From Vitrella brassicaformis CCMP3155 (lineage: Eukaryota > Protista > Chromerida), in contig CDMY01000221.1 of assembly GCA_001179505.1 (NCBI GenBank), positions 1 to 64,000 of the forward strand: a stretch of DNA of 64,000 nucleotides, written 5' to 3'. Positions within the stretch are counted from its first letter, which is position 1. The number at the start of each line of letters is the position of its first letter. The notes under the pieces were generated by a model. The model was given only the letters and a program-made list of their open reading frames with translations, searched no databases and was not told the origin of the DNA. A program made the translations under genes and the position numbers. Shown piece after piece: positions 11,278 through 24,900 of the stretch.

Positions 11278-14200
11278 TCATCCCCTTCGCGGCAGGGCAT
11301 CTTCAGACTCCCCCTCCGTCTCACTCTCCGTGTCTCCCTCTGTTTCTGTCTCTGTCTCTGTCTCTGTTTCAATCTCGGTCTCTGTCCCTGTTTCACTCTC
11401 TGTCTCTGTCCCTGTTTCACTCTCTGTCTCGCTCTCGGTCTCACTCTCTGTCGCACTCTCCTCCTCCGAAGCCTTTGCGGTCACAATGGGTATGGGGGGA
11501 GCCTCATCCGTGTCGATCTCGATCGTCTCGGTGTCCCCTGTGGCTGTGGCCGCCCCTCCTTCCTTTGTTTCGGCCGTCTCTGTCTTCTCAACTCTCACTT
11601 GGGGGGTCTTGCTGTCTTTTCTTGCCAAATCATACACCTCACGTGTCTCGTTCTCGGCGCCTACTGGCACTGCCGCTGGCAGGGGTGGGTGGTTGATAAA
11701 GGCCTCCTCGTCTGCTGTCAGCCGCTCCTGCTGTGGTGACTCTCTTATTGCTGCTGCTGCTGCTGCTGCTGGTGGCGGTTCCCGTGGCTCTACAAGCTCG
11801 TCGGCGCCATCTGGGAGATGGTCGTACGCTGAGGCGTTGGCTAAGCCGAGTGAGAAGGGGGAGTGGGGGTGGGTGAGCCAAACGGGGTGACACAGCAGGA
11901 AGCTGACAGATTCTTCATGGTCATTGTGAGTCAGGTAGGCCGACTGGGGGCGCTGAATCACCAAGAGATACAGAGATACAGAGAGAGAGGGGGGGGAGGG
12001 GGGGAAGGGGGGAGAGGAAATATGGGTGTGCGGCGGACGAAGCACGTACGTACGTCTTGGAGCAGGTGAACGCCATTCCTGAAGTTGGGTTGGATGAAGG
12101 CCTCGTGACAGTAGCACACGCCGCTAGACAAACTGCACAAAAGCCATACACATACTACCATGCACCCATCCGCTCAAAAGATGGATGTGAGCAACCCACC
12201 ATTTGTCGGTGAGGCAGTCTCTGTCCTTTTGGCATCCCATGCCGCCGATGCGCTTCACCACTTGAATGCCGTCATACAGCTGCACGCAGCCATCCAGGTA
12301 GGTACAAGCAGATTATCTGTCTGTGTATCCTTCCTGACTTTGCGTGTCTCCTGCTGTGTTTACCTTCAAGAATTCGATCAGCTTAGCGTGGACACGGCCG
12401 GCATTCCGCATGATGCTCCTCTCACCCAGACGCTGAGAGAGACAGAGGGAGACGTGTGGACATTGACGGCCTGACTGCACTGCAGCTCATACTTTGGCTT
12501 TCTCTTCGTTGCCGTCGATGGCCTCCTCGCTGAGCCGGCGAGCCACCATGTGCAGAGGCGTGAAGCCGTGCTGTGGATGTGGGAGACACAAACACCCACC
12601 GACACATGAATGAATGGATAGTCTCTAGATAGATTCAGCACAGCACGTCACAGCACACACTTTGTTGAGTATGTCCATCTTGGGGTGGTATTTGTCGGCG
12701 AGGTGGTAGATGGCGTCGTAGTCTAAGAAGACCGACATCATCAGGGGACTGTGCCCCCGCTGGCCGGCAGACACGCACAAAGAAACAAACCCCCACCGAT
12801 GAAGCGATACGTGTGATGTATGCCCTTTGCCCCACCTCGTCTGTGGCCGACAGCACTTGTCTCCTTTGGAAGTCGCTATCGGCGGCCGCCAGCAGCACCT
12901 CCAAGGCATTCGCACTCACCACAGGCGTCTGTGTGGTGGACCAACAAGGACACCACAGGACAGGAGAGACACGCCATTCCCTCCTCTCTCGCGCATCAAC
13001 AGACAGACCAGCACAAACACACCACACTGTGCCCCCTTGCGCACCAGGCCGTGTGTCTGGTCAGATCTGAGGGGATGGCCGACCGAGTTGGCATCAGGGC
13101 ATAGAAATAGGCCGTGGCGCCCGTCTGTGGCGGGGCAATCAACACGCAGACACACACGGCGAGTGCACAGTGTGTCTGTGTATCCGTGTGTGTGACCACT
13201 TGCCGACCGTGTCTCGTTTATTGGCGAGGTCGAGTCCAAGTGTGGTGCAGTCGAGCCGCAAGAGCGTCTTGAGTGCCGTGAGCTTCTTGGCAAAGGCAGC
13301 CATCATCACCACGGTCATGCCAACCTGTATATATATTTGTGTGAGTACACACATGATCGCCAGCTGTCTGGCCGTGCGTGTTTCTGTCTCTGCTGTATGT
13401 ATGGCGCTCTGACCCTCTCCCAGACGCATGCAGCTGCGTCAGGGCTGCCCCTGATGATGCCCTCAATGGCCACACCGTCGTCAGCCGCTATCGCCTCCAG
13501 CAAATCGTAACCTGCACAAATCGCATGGAAACAAAAGGCACATTCTCTCTCTGATGGTGTCCGCAGAGGAGAGAGAGAGATAGAGAGAGAGTAATCTGTG
13601 GGTACAGTACACTTCTTCTGGTTTGGCATGTTGCAGAGTATCGGTGAGATGACCCCCTCGCCCATGATGCCGTGCGGCCCCGCATGGTGCACCATGCTCC
13701 AGTCAGACCACTCCAGGTCACACAAACACTCACCCGCAGAACTGACCGACCGACAGAGACATCGACCGACACACCACACACAAGACATCGATGTTCACCT
13801 CTCTGTCTCCTTCCTTCGCCCATCTCATCTCAGCGCACCAGACGGTGAGGCACTGGGAGTGGTTGAATGGGTGGCACTGCATGCCGCCGATCTTCTTGGC
13901 ATGGGGGTCGACGCGCAGCCTGTAATCCTCCAATGTCTCCTGCAAATAACACCTACGCACACACACAAAAGGGAAGGAGCCAAAGAGACCAAGAGTGAGT
14001 AAGAAGGATTAATCCCCGCAGCGGCCCACGATGTGGATTGGCTGACCGACCGGTTAAGGTAGAATTCGACTGCGTCTCGTCTCTCCATGTCGAGGGCGAG
14101 TGCGAGGTTCCGTCTGATTTGTCTCCTGAGGTTGTAGGGGCTGACCAGCTCCTTGAGCATCTGCAGCGACGACCTGTAGCACTCGAAATCGGACAGCTGA

Positions 14201-17200
14201 CCCTCGCCGATCTTCGCTGCACACACACACACACACACACACACATGCGCAGATAGAAATGCATTAGCCTTGTGGACATAGATCATCGATACCGTAGTCG
14301 AAAGGCGAAGTGTCTCCCGTCGCTGCAGTGGCATTATTCACGTGCTGAAGGAATGCGAAGGGCAACCACTCCGCGCCTTTCTCGAGCAGCCCCGCCACAC
14401 CCAGCCGGGCGGTCTGCTGCAGATCGTGCCGTATCTTGCTGCTGAAGGTGGCATGCACTTGCTGCTTCCTGGCGTCGTCGGCGCGACCTTCCTCCGTGTC
14501 CGGGTCGGATCTGTATGGCTCGTCGGGCGGCACTTGCAGTTTGGGTCCCATCTCGTATTCGTATGTGCGGTGCTGGAGCATCTTCCGTTGCAGCCCGTAC
14601 AGCAGGGCATACAAGTAGGGCGAGCTACCCTGACAGACAGTGATGTATGCATGTGCAGACAGACAGACAGGCGTGTGTGCATGTGCATGTGTGTGTCTCT
14701 CTCTCGTCTGTCGGTGGGTCAGCTTACGCTGCCGGCGAAGGGCGGGGAGTTCTCACATGGCCAGGCGCCTGTAGAAAGATGGAGATGACGTGTGTGGGTG
14801 TGGTGTTTGTCGGTGACCCACTCGTGCACACGCTAAGCTCACCCGGCACAGCCACACAGTATTTTCTGAAAGCATCCGACAGCTCAGCCGCGCCCAACTG
14901 AATAGATAGACACATCGCACACACACACACACACCAATCTCTATCACGTCTCGGTCAGTCCCGTGCCTGGCTCACTGGGTGCGTTGCCGGCCATGATAGG
15001 GGCGACTCGTTCATCACGGGCTGCAGCACACACACAATACCCATTCATTGCCCACCATGCGCACCGCACACACAGTCGTTCATCGACAGACAGATCAAGC
15101 TCACCTCTGGCGTCCAGTAGTGGTCAGTGGCGGCGAGTTTGTGAGGGAGCGGCTTGAGCAGGTCATAGCGCTGCACGTCGGTGCGGGCGTAGCTGAGGAT
15201 GGCGTCCAGCTGCCTCAGATCGCCCATCTGCACCACCACCTGAAGCACATTCCGACCGTCCTGCACCGCACCATACATACAGCCACACACACACAAGACA
15301 CACACACGCGGAGAAATTAGGCCATTGCAGTTGTGTCTGTGTGTATACTCTCGACTCACTCACCGAGTCAACGGCATGTCTGAGTGTGCTGAGTCTGCTG
15401 GCGTCGTCCTCCAGTCCTTCGAGGAGTGATGGGACCATCGAGGGGTCGCGCCGGATGGCACCCAGGTAGGCGGCCATGTGCAGGGGCGTGTCGCCCTGAA
15501 ACAACGGAAACACGCTCCCGGGGTGCTCACTGGCACCGAGTACGGTCACAGTGAGACAGACAGACAGGTCAGCACAGCAGATGGATGAGTCAGTGTGGCT
15601 GGCTGGCTGCTTATGTGTGGCTGACCGCATGACTTGTGGAGGGATGTACTCGATCTGGAACACCTGGATGCCACCGAACAAACAAACGATGCCGAAGTGT
15701 GCCCTTGGAGCTGGGCACATGCTCGCACCTTGGAGTGGGCCCTGGCCATTGTGTGGTGCGGCCACTTGTGCACCAGGTAGAATTGAACGCTCCGGCCGGC
15801 GCCACTCAGAATGGCCCAGTGCAGCGGCGTCGCGCCGTGCTGACAGCAGCAGCGAGACACGTGCAAACATGGGACCGCGGTGCGGTGTGTGTTCTTTGTC
15901 TCTTACGTACCGCCACATCGGCACAGTCGGTGATCTCAGCGAAATTTTCAGCGTCTGCGAGGATGGCCTTGACGGCAGCCAGGTTCTTCTTCATTATGGC
16001 CTCGTATAGCTGGATGCCTTCGTCGCACACAGATGCCGAGACACAGAGAGGGAGAGACAGACAGAGAGAGAGAGAGAGAGAGACGATGAACAACACACAC
16101 AGGGACCGATGCCTGCTTACAGGGGTGGCACAGGACAGACGTGTGCCGTCTGGTGGTGGGAGTGTCACAGACGAAGCACTGGCAGTGGCCCCTCTCATAG
16201 CGATCAAAGGCACTGTGGATGCTGACCAAAACGCGCACACACGTGGGCTGGCGACGCGCCACAGGACTGCACTGCCTACCAGTCTCCTGAAGCACATGCG
16301 TTCTTTGCGTCCTGCGAGCCTGGTTTGCAGGGCATACCCATGGGCAAAGGAAACACTGGGAAGACAGGCACCACACACACCACACGAAGAGCATCCCTGC
16401 CCTGCTGTTCTGTCCCTTAAGGCAATAAATGAAGTACCTACCTCTTATCCCATGGCTCTTGTCATCTTCCGTCTCCATCTCAGCTGCGTCTCCCTCTCCC
16501 TCTCGGCCGCCTCCTTCAGCTGCCCCGCCTGTCTGCACGAAGGCCCCCGGTCGCCTCAATGCCGCATCGCCGTAGCGGGCTTTATACCCGGAGCCCCCGC
16601 CCTCCACCCCTCTGCCGGAACCAGTCAGCACATCCCTCAGGTGCCTCGCCATGTCAGCGACATTATAGCTGTGGGTGAGCGGGCGGGCGAATAGTACGGT
16701 GTCTGGCGTCTGGCCGGTATTGTCTGCCAGGCCCGAGACACGGGCATGCTGGAGTGCCTCGGCGAGCGGGGGGCTGTAAGGTGGGGGTGGAGGGGTCCGG
16801 TGTGTGTGGCACTTGGCCTCGAAGGCGTGGAAGGCTTTTTCAAAGGGAGACTCCGAGAACATCATGGCTGCAAGACAGCCGAGTGCATGGTGGTGTCTTC
16901 ATGTGTGTATCTGTCTGTGTTGTACCATTGTCGCCGTCTCTGATGGCGGCGTTGGCCTCCAGCTCGGTGAGGAGCGCGGCCATTTCGACCTGCAGCTCGA
17001 TGATCTCCGTCTTGAGCTCAACAAAGCACCGCGGACGGGCCAGACCACGCAGCTCTCGCTGAGCAGTGACCGCCATAAGACATCCGGCAACACACACATC
17101 ACACGTCCTTGCCTCTGTCTGTCTTTTCATCGTATCACGTGGCCCACCTCGAGCAGACGAATGAGCGTATCGAGGGGCGTCAAGCCATGCTGCACACCAC

Positions 17201-17779
17201 AAACACACATGACATGCAGATGAATGACCTCGGGTTTCTGTCCATCATGTTTTTTCACCGAGTCGGGCTGATAGAGCACCACCTCCCCCTTGACGCTCGT
17301 GATGAAGCGGCCCAGCTGGACGGCCGTGATCTGCGCCAAAGAATGGACAAAGGGGACAGAAAGAACACATCAACTCAGACATGTGCATGTGTGTGCGTGT
17401 GTGTGTGTGTTTGGTCACTCTGCAGCCGAGGGGAATGATAACGGGCTCTTCAACACTCGGCCGCCGTGCTGTCGGAGGCGGCAGCCCGTTGTCGCAATGA
17501 AGCGGATTGCGCATCAGCTGCGAACAGCGAAGACAGGCCGGACAAAGAGAAACACAAGCGTGCGTGCGTGTGTGTGTGTGTGTGTGTGTGTGGCTCTATC
17601 ATTGCGTGCATGCCTTATCTCTGGCCCCGAGTATGTCAATACCGCCCCCAAGTATAAGAATCTGTGCCAAGTCGAAGGCCCCAAGCGACACTGCCCAGTG
17701 CAATGGCGTCTTGCCCGCCTGTAATGACAAGAGACAAAAGAACCGACGGTGTCCATCCATCTGTCTATGTGCAGATGTA

Positions 17780-17811
<32 letters not shown>

Positions 17812-18557
17812 CGGTGTCCTGCTCGTGGATGGCTTGTCTGAGGAGGTCTGTGTCTCGGTAGGCGTCCACCACGCGCCGCCAGCAGGAAGGATAGTAGGCG
17901 GCCACGTGCAGCGGCGTGGCGCCCGTCTGTGGTATCAGATCAAGGCATGGATACGTCTGGCCGCTCCTCATATTCAATGCTTACCCATCTTTGCGTCTTT
18001 GCACTTGAGGTGTTTGGCGTCGTGGACGAACTCGCGAGTACATCCGCCGGGCAGCAAATCGAGGAACATACGAGAGCCTACATACACACAGAGCCAAAAG
18101 GGCAGACACAGCAATCCCTTTCTCCAGCCATCGGGCCGCGTGATGATGCAATGCGGCCTGTGCACACACATGGAATACTGCCGTCATCGATTTTCTCGAG
18201 GATGGCCGGCTGCTCAGGTCCCTCCCCCTCGACGTAATTTGCGAATGTGAGCGCCCCGCTCATGGCCCGCACTGCTGACGCCTGCCGCTGCGCCTCCGCC
18301 ACGCGTGCAAGCATCATGGCGGCCGCCCGCTTCCTCATGACGTACCGGGACAGTTTCTGCCTCTTGGCGAGACCCTGACGCCTCCCCTTTGCAACGAGAG
18401 AGATGACGCCATTCAGGTGCTCGCCGGGCTGGCGGAGGGATAGAGTGCGGTTGGTGCCGTGGTGGTGACGCATGGACACGCAGCAGCAAAGAGGGATAAT
18501 GGCGAAGAGCAGAAGGTAAAGGGCAGGCCTCAGGAAGGGTCGCATCGTCATAGCCAT
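11278..18557 (-). CDS. Large multi-exon putatively secreted ankyrin-repeat + Cys-rich module protein (paralog A), acidic E/T/S tail
   Basis: Signal-peptide-like start (MRPFLRPALYLLLFAIIPLCCCVS). Ankyrin motifs GATPLHVAAY, TPLHWAVSLG, GATPLHWAILSG, GDTPLHMAAYLG, GRNVLQVVV, GHSPLMMSV, GFTPLHMVA. Cys modules KKIGGMQCHPF and KRIGGMGCQKDRDC. Last exon ends in (ETES/ETGT)n, stop 11278. Confidence 0.8.
11330..11465 (-). repeat. Coding hexamer/24-mer tandem repeat encoding ETES/ETGT/ETET
   Basis: Plus strand shows (TCTCTG)n-type units with GTCCCTGTTTCACTCTCTGTCTC repeated; it lies in frame in the terminal exon. Confidence 0.85.
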
Positions 18558-18944
18558 GCAAAATGGAAGATAGTTGCAATGAAAGGGTCAGTGCACGACG
18601 TCTTCGTCGCCGATCCGAGCAGTAGAGCTGCGGAGAAATATCAGATGCCGTGAGACTGCGAGCTTTGCATGCATCTGGGGGCGGCCCCCATGCACGTCTG
18701 ACGACTATCCATCGGTGTCGTCGTTGGCCAGGCGCCTGATCATCAGCCGTTTCTGGAGGACAGGGGTTCCGACGAGCGCTGGGGGGGCAATCGGTAGACC
18801 AGATCATGCCATCTTGATGTCGACTCTTTCGTTCCCCGTCAACGTTACATCTCCTGTCTCGGGACCTGTCTCAAGGGATCCCGGCCGGCTGGAGGCAACC
18901 TTAACCGTCAGCTTATCAGCTCACTGGGCTGTTCATCGGCCATC

Positions 18945-21900
18945 ATGCGTCGGTTGGTGCGTTTGGCTATTCCCTCGTGTGCTGGCCGCTTCGCCCTGAG
19001 TGCCTTTCTGATCGTGTTCCTCCCCATAAAGCCGATGCCGCCCCTGCCCTTCAGAAGACCCCATTGGCGGCTCTCCTGCTTGTTTGTTGCCCTCTTCCTC
19101 ATTATCCCCTTGTCGCACTCAAGACAGTCCAGGGAACACAGCCAGAGTACAGCTGCAGATGACCAAACCAAGCCAGACCGGCGGAGTATTCTCGGCCGCA
19201 TCATTGCCTTCTTCTGGCCTGCTTCTGCTCAAAAGGAAGCCGCTGCAACGAAGGTTGACAAGCAGACGGTCCGTCATTCCGTGGATCAGCCGGCAGGCAG
19301 TGCGGCAGCTGATGAGGCCGGTGATGCTTCTGTGATGTACGAGTCCCCTAGAATGGCCGCTGCACTCCTCGACGACATCCGACGGGGGCAAATGAATACT
19401 TCATCTCACGGCAGCGTGGGAGTGGCGGAGGGGAGTGTGTTGAGGGAGGACGGCCCGCCCCAGCTGTCCGTCATGCAAGTGCTGGAGGGCGGACACGTCA
19501 CATGTAAGTGAGGTCATGCACACAATAAATAGCTCTTGTATGTATCGTCTTGTTGCCCTTTGGTGTCAGGTCAGCGTATGTTTGTCGAGATCCTGCCTGG
19601 CGGGTGCTGGGGGGACTTTGCACACGACATTCAACACCTACTCTGCAAAGACGACACGGTGGGCTGGTCACAAGCTGACATATATGACAGAGCAGTGTGT
19701 GTGTACGTCTGCATTTGATGCTTCTTGTGGCTGCCTTCTAGACCGGCGCGACTCCGCTGCATGTGGCTGCGTACCACCCGTCATGTTGGCGGCGCCTCTT
19801 CTATGCCTACCGCAACAGCAATCTGCTCGGCGACGCCCTGCTTGAAAAAGAAAAGGTGGGCGGGCAGGGAAGGGAAGGCCATTCATATCATATCGATCCA
19901 ATCGAGGCTGCTGTTCGTGTGGCATTTTGTCACATTACCAAGAATGGGATGACGCCCCTGCATTGGGCTGTGTCTGTCGGGGCGGTGGAGTTGAGTGCCC
20001 TGCTGGTCCGTGAGGGAACCGCTGCTCTGGGATCCAGTGCAGCGGGGGACATCCGGACGGCCAAAGACAAGGTAAACAAGCTCTCATATCGTCGGCCGCC
20101 TGCTTGACGGTTGTGTGGCGTGTGTGTGTGTGTGTGTCCTAGTATGGTCGCACCCCCCTTCACTGTCACAACGGTATCTTCCCCTCCCGCACGCAACAGC
20201 GACCAACCGTCAAACGGCCAGTCATTGCCCCAGACGGATGCGCAGTATGCACAAGAACATGTATCCTACATTTGTGCACTTATTTATTTGGTACTGCACA
20301 CAGCTGAGTGTCCGAGTGTTTGTCGACCTTGTTGCCACGCTCCGTGCCGTCAAGCTGATCAAACAGCCAGATAATGTCAGCAACCGACACATACACACGG
20401 ACGGGGCTACGATTGTGTGTGCTGCATGCATCAGGCGGGGCTTACTTCAACAGACACAATGATGCGTCTCATCCAGGTACAGACAAAGGAAAGATCAATT
20501 AACCATCCTTGGGCCATGCATATCTCTCCCTTCTATCTCTGCATGTCAGCGAGAGGTCCGCGTCAGCCGCGCTATCCAGTCGTACGCTGATTTGCTGGCC
20601 ACCATAGCCACCATGAAGGTAGGCAGGCGCCCTTTTCTCGACTGACCGGTGAGTGGCTGGGCTGCCTCACACGCCTACTTGCTTTCATGCAGCACGAGTG
20701 GCGTTTGATGGGCCGCGCCCTATTCCGTGCCGCCCGGTGGCGCGAAAACCCGTATTCTATCCTCATGACACACGACCCGCTGACCGACGCTGACACCGAG
20801 TACATGAAAGTCTGCAAAGGCCCGCCTCCAGTGCGCCTGCCGCCGCCCAGAGACACAAGCGCGGCGACACCGCCACGCCGTGGAGCGCAAGTGGAGGTGA
20901 ATACCACAGCCGGCCGCCAACAGGGGCCAGATGGGCGGGAGGGGAAAGGCGGCGCCGCAGGTGAGGACGAGACAGAGGACCACAACACGACTGTGTCTGA
21001 GTACGGCAACTCGAGTGAGGAGAGTGAAGTCGAGGAGGAGAGAGATGAAGGCGATTACTTGAAGGAAGAGAGTAAAAGTGAGGAAGAACCACCACAACCG
21101 AAGGGGGATGTGGCCGAGTCGGAGAGCGAGAGTGAGACGCCCTCTGATGAGGAATCAGGCGAAGAGAGCAGTCAGCATGAAAATATTCGCCACTGGCCCG
21201 ACGCTGACTCACCAGACAGCGGTGAGTCGGAGACGGAGACCTCTGGATCAGAAGAAGAGTACAGCTTCTCACAGCTGGGTGCTTCGGCTATCGTCAATGG
21301 CAGCCCCAAGGTCGTTTCTGAGGCAAACACACACCGCTGTCAGCGCCTCATTTTCTGTGTGTGTCTCTCTCGTTCAGACAAACACGACCAGAGGCGACGC
21401 TGTCAACTCGACGCACATCGACTACGTGTCGGGAGGCTTCGGCAAGGAGGACCTGGAGGCAGACGCCACACTCAAGCAAACGTCATCGGGCCAAGACACG
21501 GGAATGCCCATCGATGACACCGGTACATAGGACACACGACCCAGACCTTGTGATTGATGATGTGCCTTTTGTAGATGTGCTGACTCCCCGTGGCGGCGGC
21601 TGCTCACTCGAGCACGCCAGTGGACCCCTCCCATGTGCTGGAAAATGGTAAGCAGCATTCACGTGTGCTTCCTTGGTGTATGGCTTGTCGGTCTATGAGC
21701 CGTGTATGCAAATACAGTGTGCTGGACGCCTTTGAGGCGGACAACGGTCACTGCGAGTGCATTCAGCAGGGAGAGCAGCCTGTCTGGAGGGAGACCACCA
21801 GCCTGCTCTGCCATCCATGTAAACAATGGACATATCCCCTCTCTCTGCTTTCTTGGCCAGACGCGTGTGTGTCTGTTGCTCGTGGCTGCAGGTGTGCAGC

Positions 21901-24900
21901 TCTACGAGTCCATCACCACCAACAACAGAGCAAATGTCGAGGCCCTTTTGAAGAACAGCAGCATCTTCGCCAATGCGCACGACTGTGCTGACCCACTGGT
22001 CAGCCGCACATACAAAACGCGACGGAGACATTCACGACCAGCATCCATGGATCATCGGTCGACGTTTTGCAGCGCGGCGAATCTCCACTTCGTTGGGCTG
22101 TGGTCACGGGGGCGTCATCGGATATCATGCGTGCGCTGGCAGCAAAGTGGCCATCGCACCTCAAGATGCAGCTCAGAACACACACACCGAGACATGACGC
22201 CTCAGCATCAGCGGGAAGGTCAGGGAAGCTGGATAGGTGCAGGCAGCGACGACATCAGCACATGGCGCTTGATGTATGCCTGTAGCTGGACCAGAGGGCG
22301 TCTGCACTCGCACTTCTACGGAGACACGCCCCTTCACATCGTAAGTGCCGAGACGACGCCAGATGGCTCACCTTTCGGCCTTCATCTTCTCATTCATTCA
22401 TTCATTCATTCATTTTGTTCACAGGCCGTGTACATGAGGAAGGCTCTGTAAGCTCACGACCATAGTGGATGCGTGTGGGAGTCTGCCTTGCTCCCTTCAT
22501 CTTGTCTGCACTCGTGCAGTGGGGGCGAGGCGTCGGTCGTGGCAATGCTGCAGGGACTGCGGGAAGACGACCAGCGCGGCGCGACACTCAGATACGCAGC
22601 TGACCAGGTACACACATGGGCAGCACTCACACGCACAGCAGCTTTCTTCCTCCCTCCTTTCCTGTATGTGTCTCCATGTGTGGATGGTCGAATCGCTCAG
22701 GAGGGCCGCAACCCTCTGCAGCTGGCCGTGCATCTGGGGGACGGAGCGCAATTCAGCGAAATGATGGCCATCGCGGCGACGCCCTTGGCCCGCTATGATC
22801 TGCTCGAGCCTCTTGTTGCATCCTATGACATGAGCCTCGGCAGCTGGAAACCGCCTGTAAGCCATGACGCCCCACATAATGGCAAACACGACGGAAAGGG
22901 CGCTATCTGTGTGCTCCTTTTGGTGCTGGACAGCCTCTATGGGTGAGTCTCCCTTGGCGTGGCCTTCCAGCCATATGGTGAACCATTCAGGACACACACA
23001 TGACTGCCCTCAACACCTACATACACGCATGATACGCATGCACCGATAGATGACGTCCAAGGGTCTAGCCGACAGCTTCCACGCCCACTGTCTGGCCCTT
23101 CCGGGCGTCTACCCGTGTGAAGGCAAACCAGCCCACACCGCCAAGGCAAGCAGGGTCTCTCTGTCTGTCGACCGACGGGCCCCGATGTCCACTCCTGCGA
23201 CTCTGTGTGTACGTGTGTGTGTGTGTGTGTGTGTGCAGGAGACGTCCCCTTTTCTGTACGGCCTGCTGCATATCCTGCAGCGGGAACTGCTGCTGGACAG
23301 CAAAAAGGTGCCGTCCACCCGCCCTGCCGACGGGACTAGCAAGACGAAGCCCATCAAGCGATCCCCGGGGAAGGCCGAGCCATGGAAGCTCACGCCATTG
23401 CCGGCCAATCAGACAAGAGCTGCCGCCAACGAGACTAACAACACCACCAGACACGTCGACGGCAACGAAACGGAGACAGATTTTGAAAAGTCTGATGTGT
23501 CTGAGGACGCCAACACAACCGCCACTGAAAAGAACACTGAGATGTCCGAGGGACAGCGGGGGGTCAATACTACAGAGGAGGAGACAGAAGGCTCTGAAGG
23601 AGAGTCTGAAGCGTACGAGGATTCCAACACTACGATAGCTGAGGGAAACTCTACCGAGGAGACGCCAGCCAGAAGACACACTGCACAGGAGGAGGACGCC
23701 AACAGCAGCGGGAGCGCATCCGAGAGCAACGTAACAGAGAGTCAGAGCACGGAGAGCAACGCGAGCTATGTGCAAACAACCAGCATACGCAATGGCACCA
23801 AGGCGTCAAAGAGCACACGCACCTCCCGTCCATCGCCGCTGCCCGCGTCCTCCTTCGTCGAAACGGTGTGGACATCGACACCAGGGCAAGGACACAGCAA
23901 CGACAGCAGCTACAGCGAGCATGATTACAGTGTGACGGAGGACAGTGGCGACAATGACAACTACATGGACATCCAGGGGTGGTCGGACAGCGACAGGAAC
24001 TTGACCGACACAGGTGATCGCTCTCAGATTAAGACCGAGCCAAATACGGACTACTTGGACGTTGAAGGCTGGTCGGACACCGAGAGCGAGAGCGACAGAG
24101 AAGGGGAGCAGGGAGGGGAGGGGGGGAAAGGGACGACAGAGCCTGGTGCCTCTGCATGCAGCGAAGCGGCAGTCCGTCGGCTGAAAGAAATGGGCGATCC
24201 CTTTGTGTTGCGGCGGAGGATCACTCAAACACACAAGGCGGCCGCAGACCTGCTAGAAAAAGACAAAGATGCCTTCATTGAGCTCAGGTCAGTGTGTCTG
24301 GCGCATCGTGTGCTTGCATGCCGTGTCGCATCAATGCAGGCGGCGGCTACAGCAAGAGCTGGAGACTTACCGTAGCTCGGTCGACGGCTCTGCCAAGCGG
24401 ATCGGGGGGATGCTGTGCACGCCATTCCAGCACCAAGAATGCCTCACCGCTTGGTGCGAGACTGCAATACAAAGGACTACAAAGGCCATCTTTTGCTATG
24501 TGTCTTCTTTCTCCATTTGCAGCTCTGCCGGAGAGTGTTTGTGCGACCGCGAGTACCTGGACTGGACGCTGCTGGGTGGCAGCGTGTTCCGACCGCTCCG
24601 GGGCGAGGCCGAGATATCCCCTGTGCTGTGCGGCCACAGCCGATCGGCTATCTGTAAGAACGAGGCGAGACGGGTCAGGGAGGGCAAGATGGTCGGTGTG
24701 TCTCAGGCTCTGTGTTCCTGAACGCGACCATACATGATGATGTCGATGCGATGGGAAAGACATTGAAAGATGTACCGCAGGCAATCGAGTGCGTCTACGG
24801 CAAGGTAAGAAGAGAGACACGATGAACGTCACGTTCATTCAGCCGCGACCACTCTCGTGTTTGTGTTTACGTGGGTGTGTATTGTAGCTGGGCATGACGA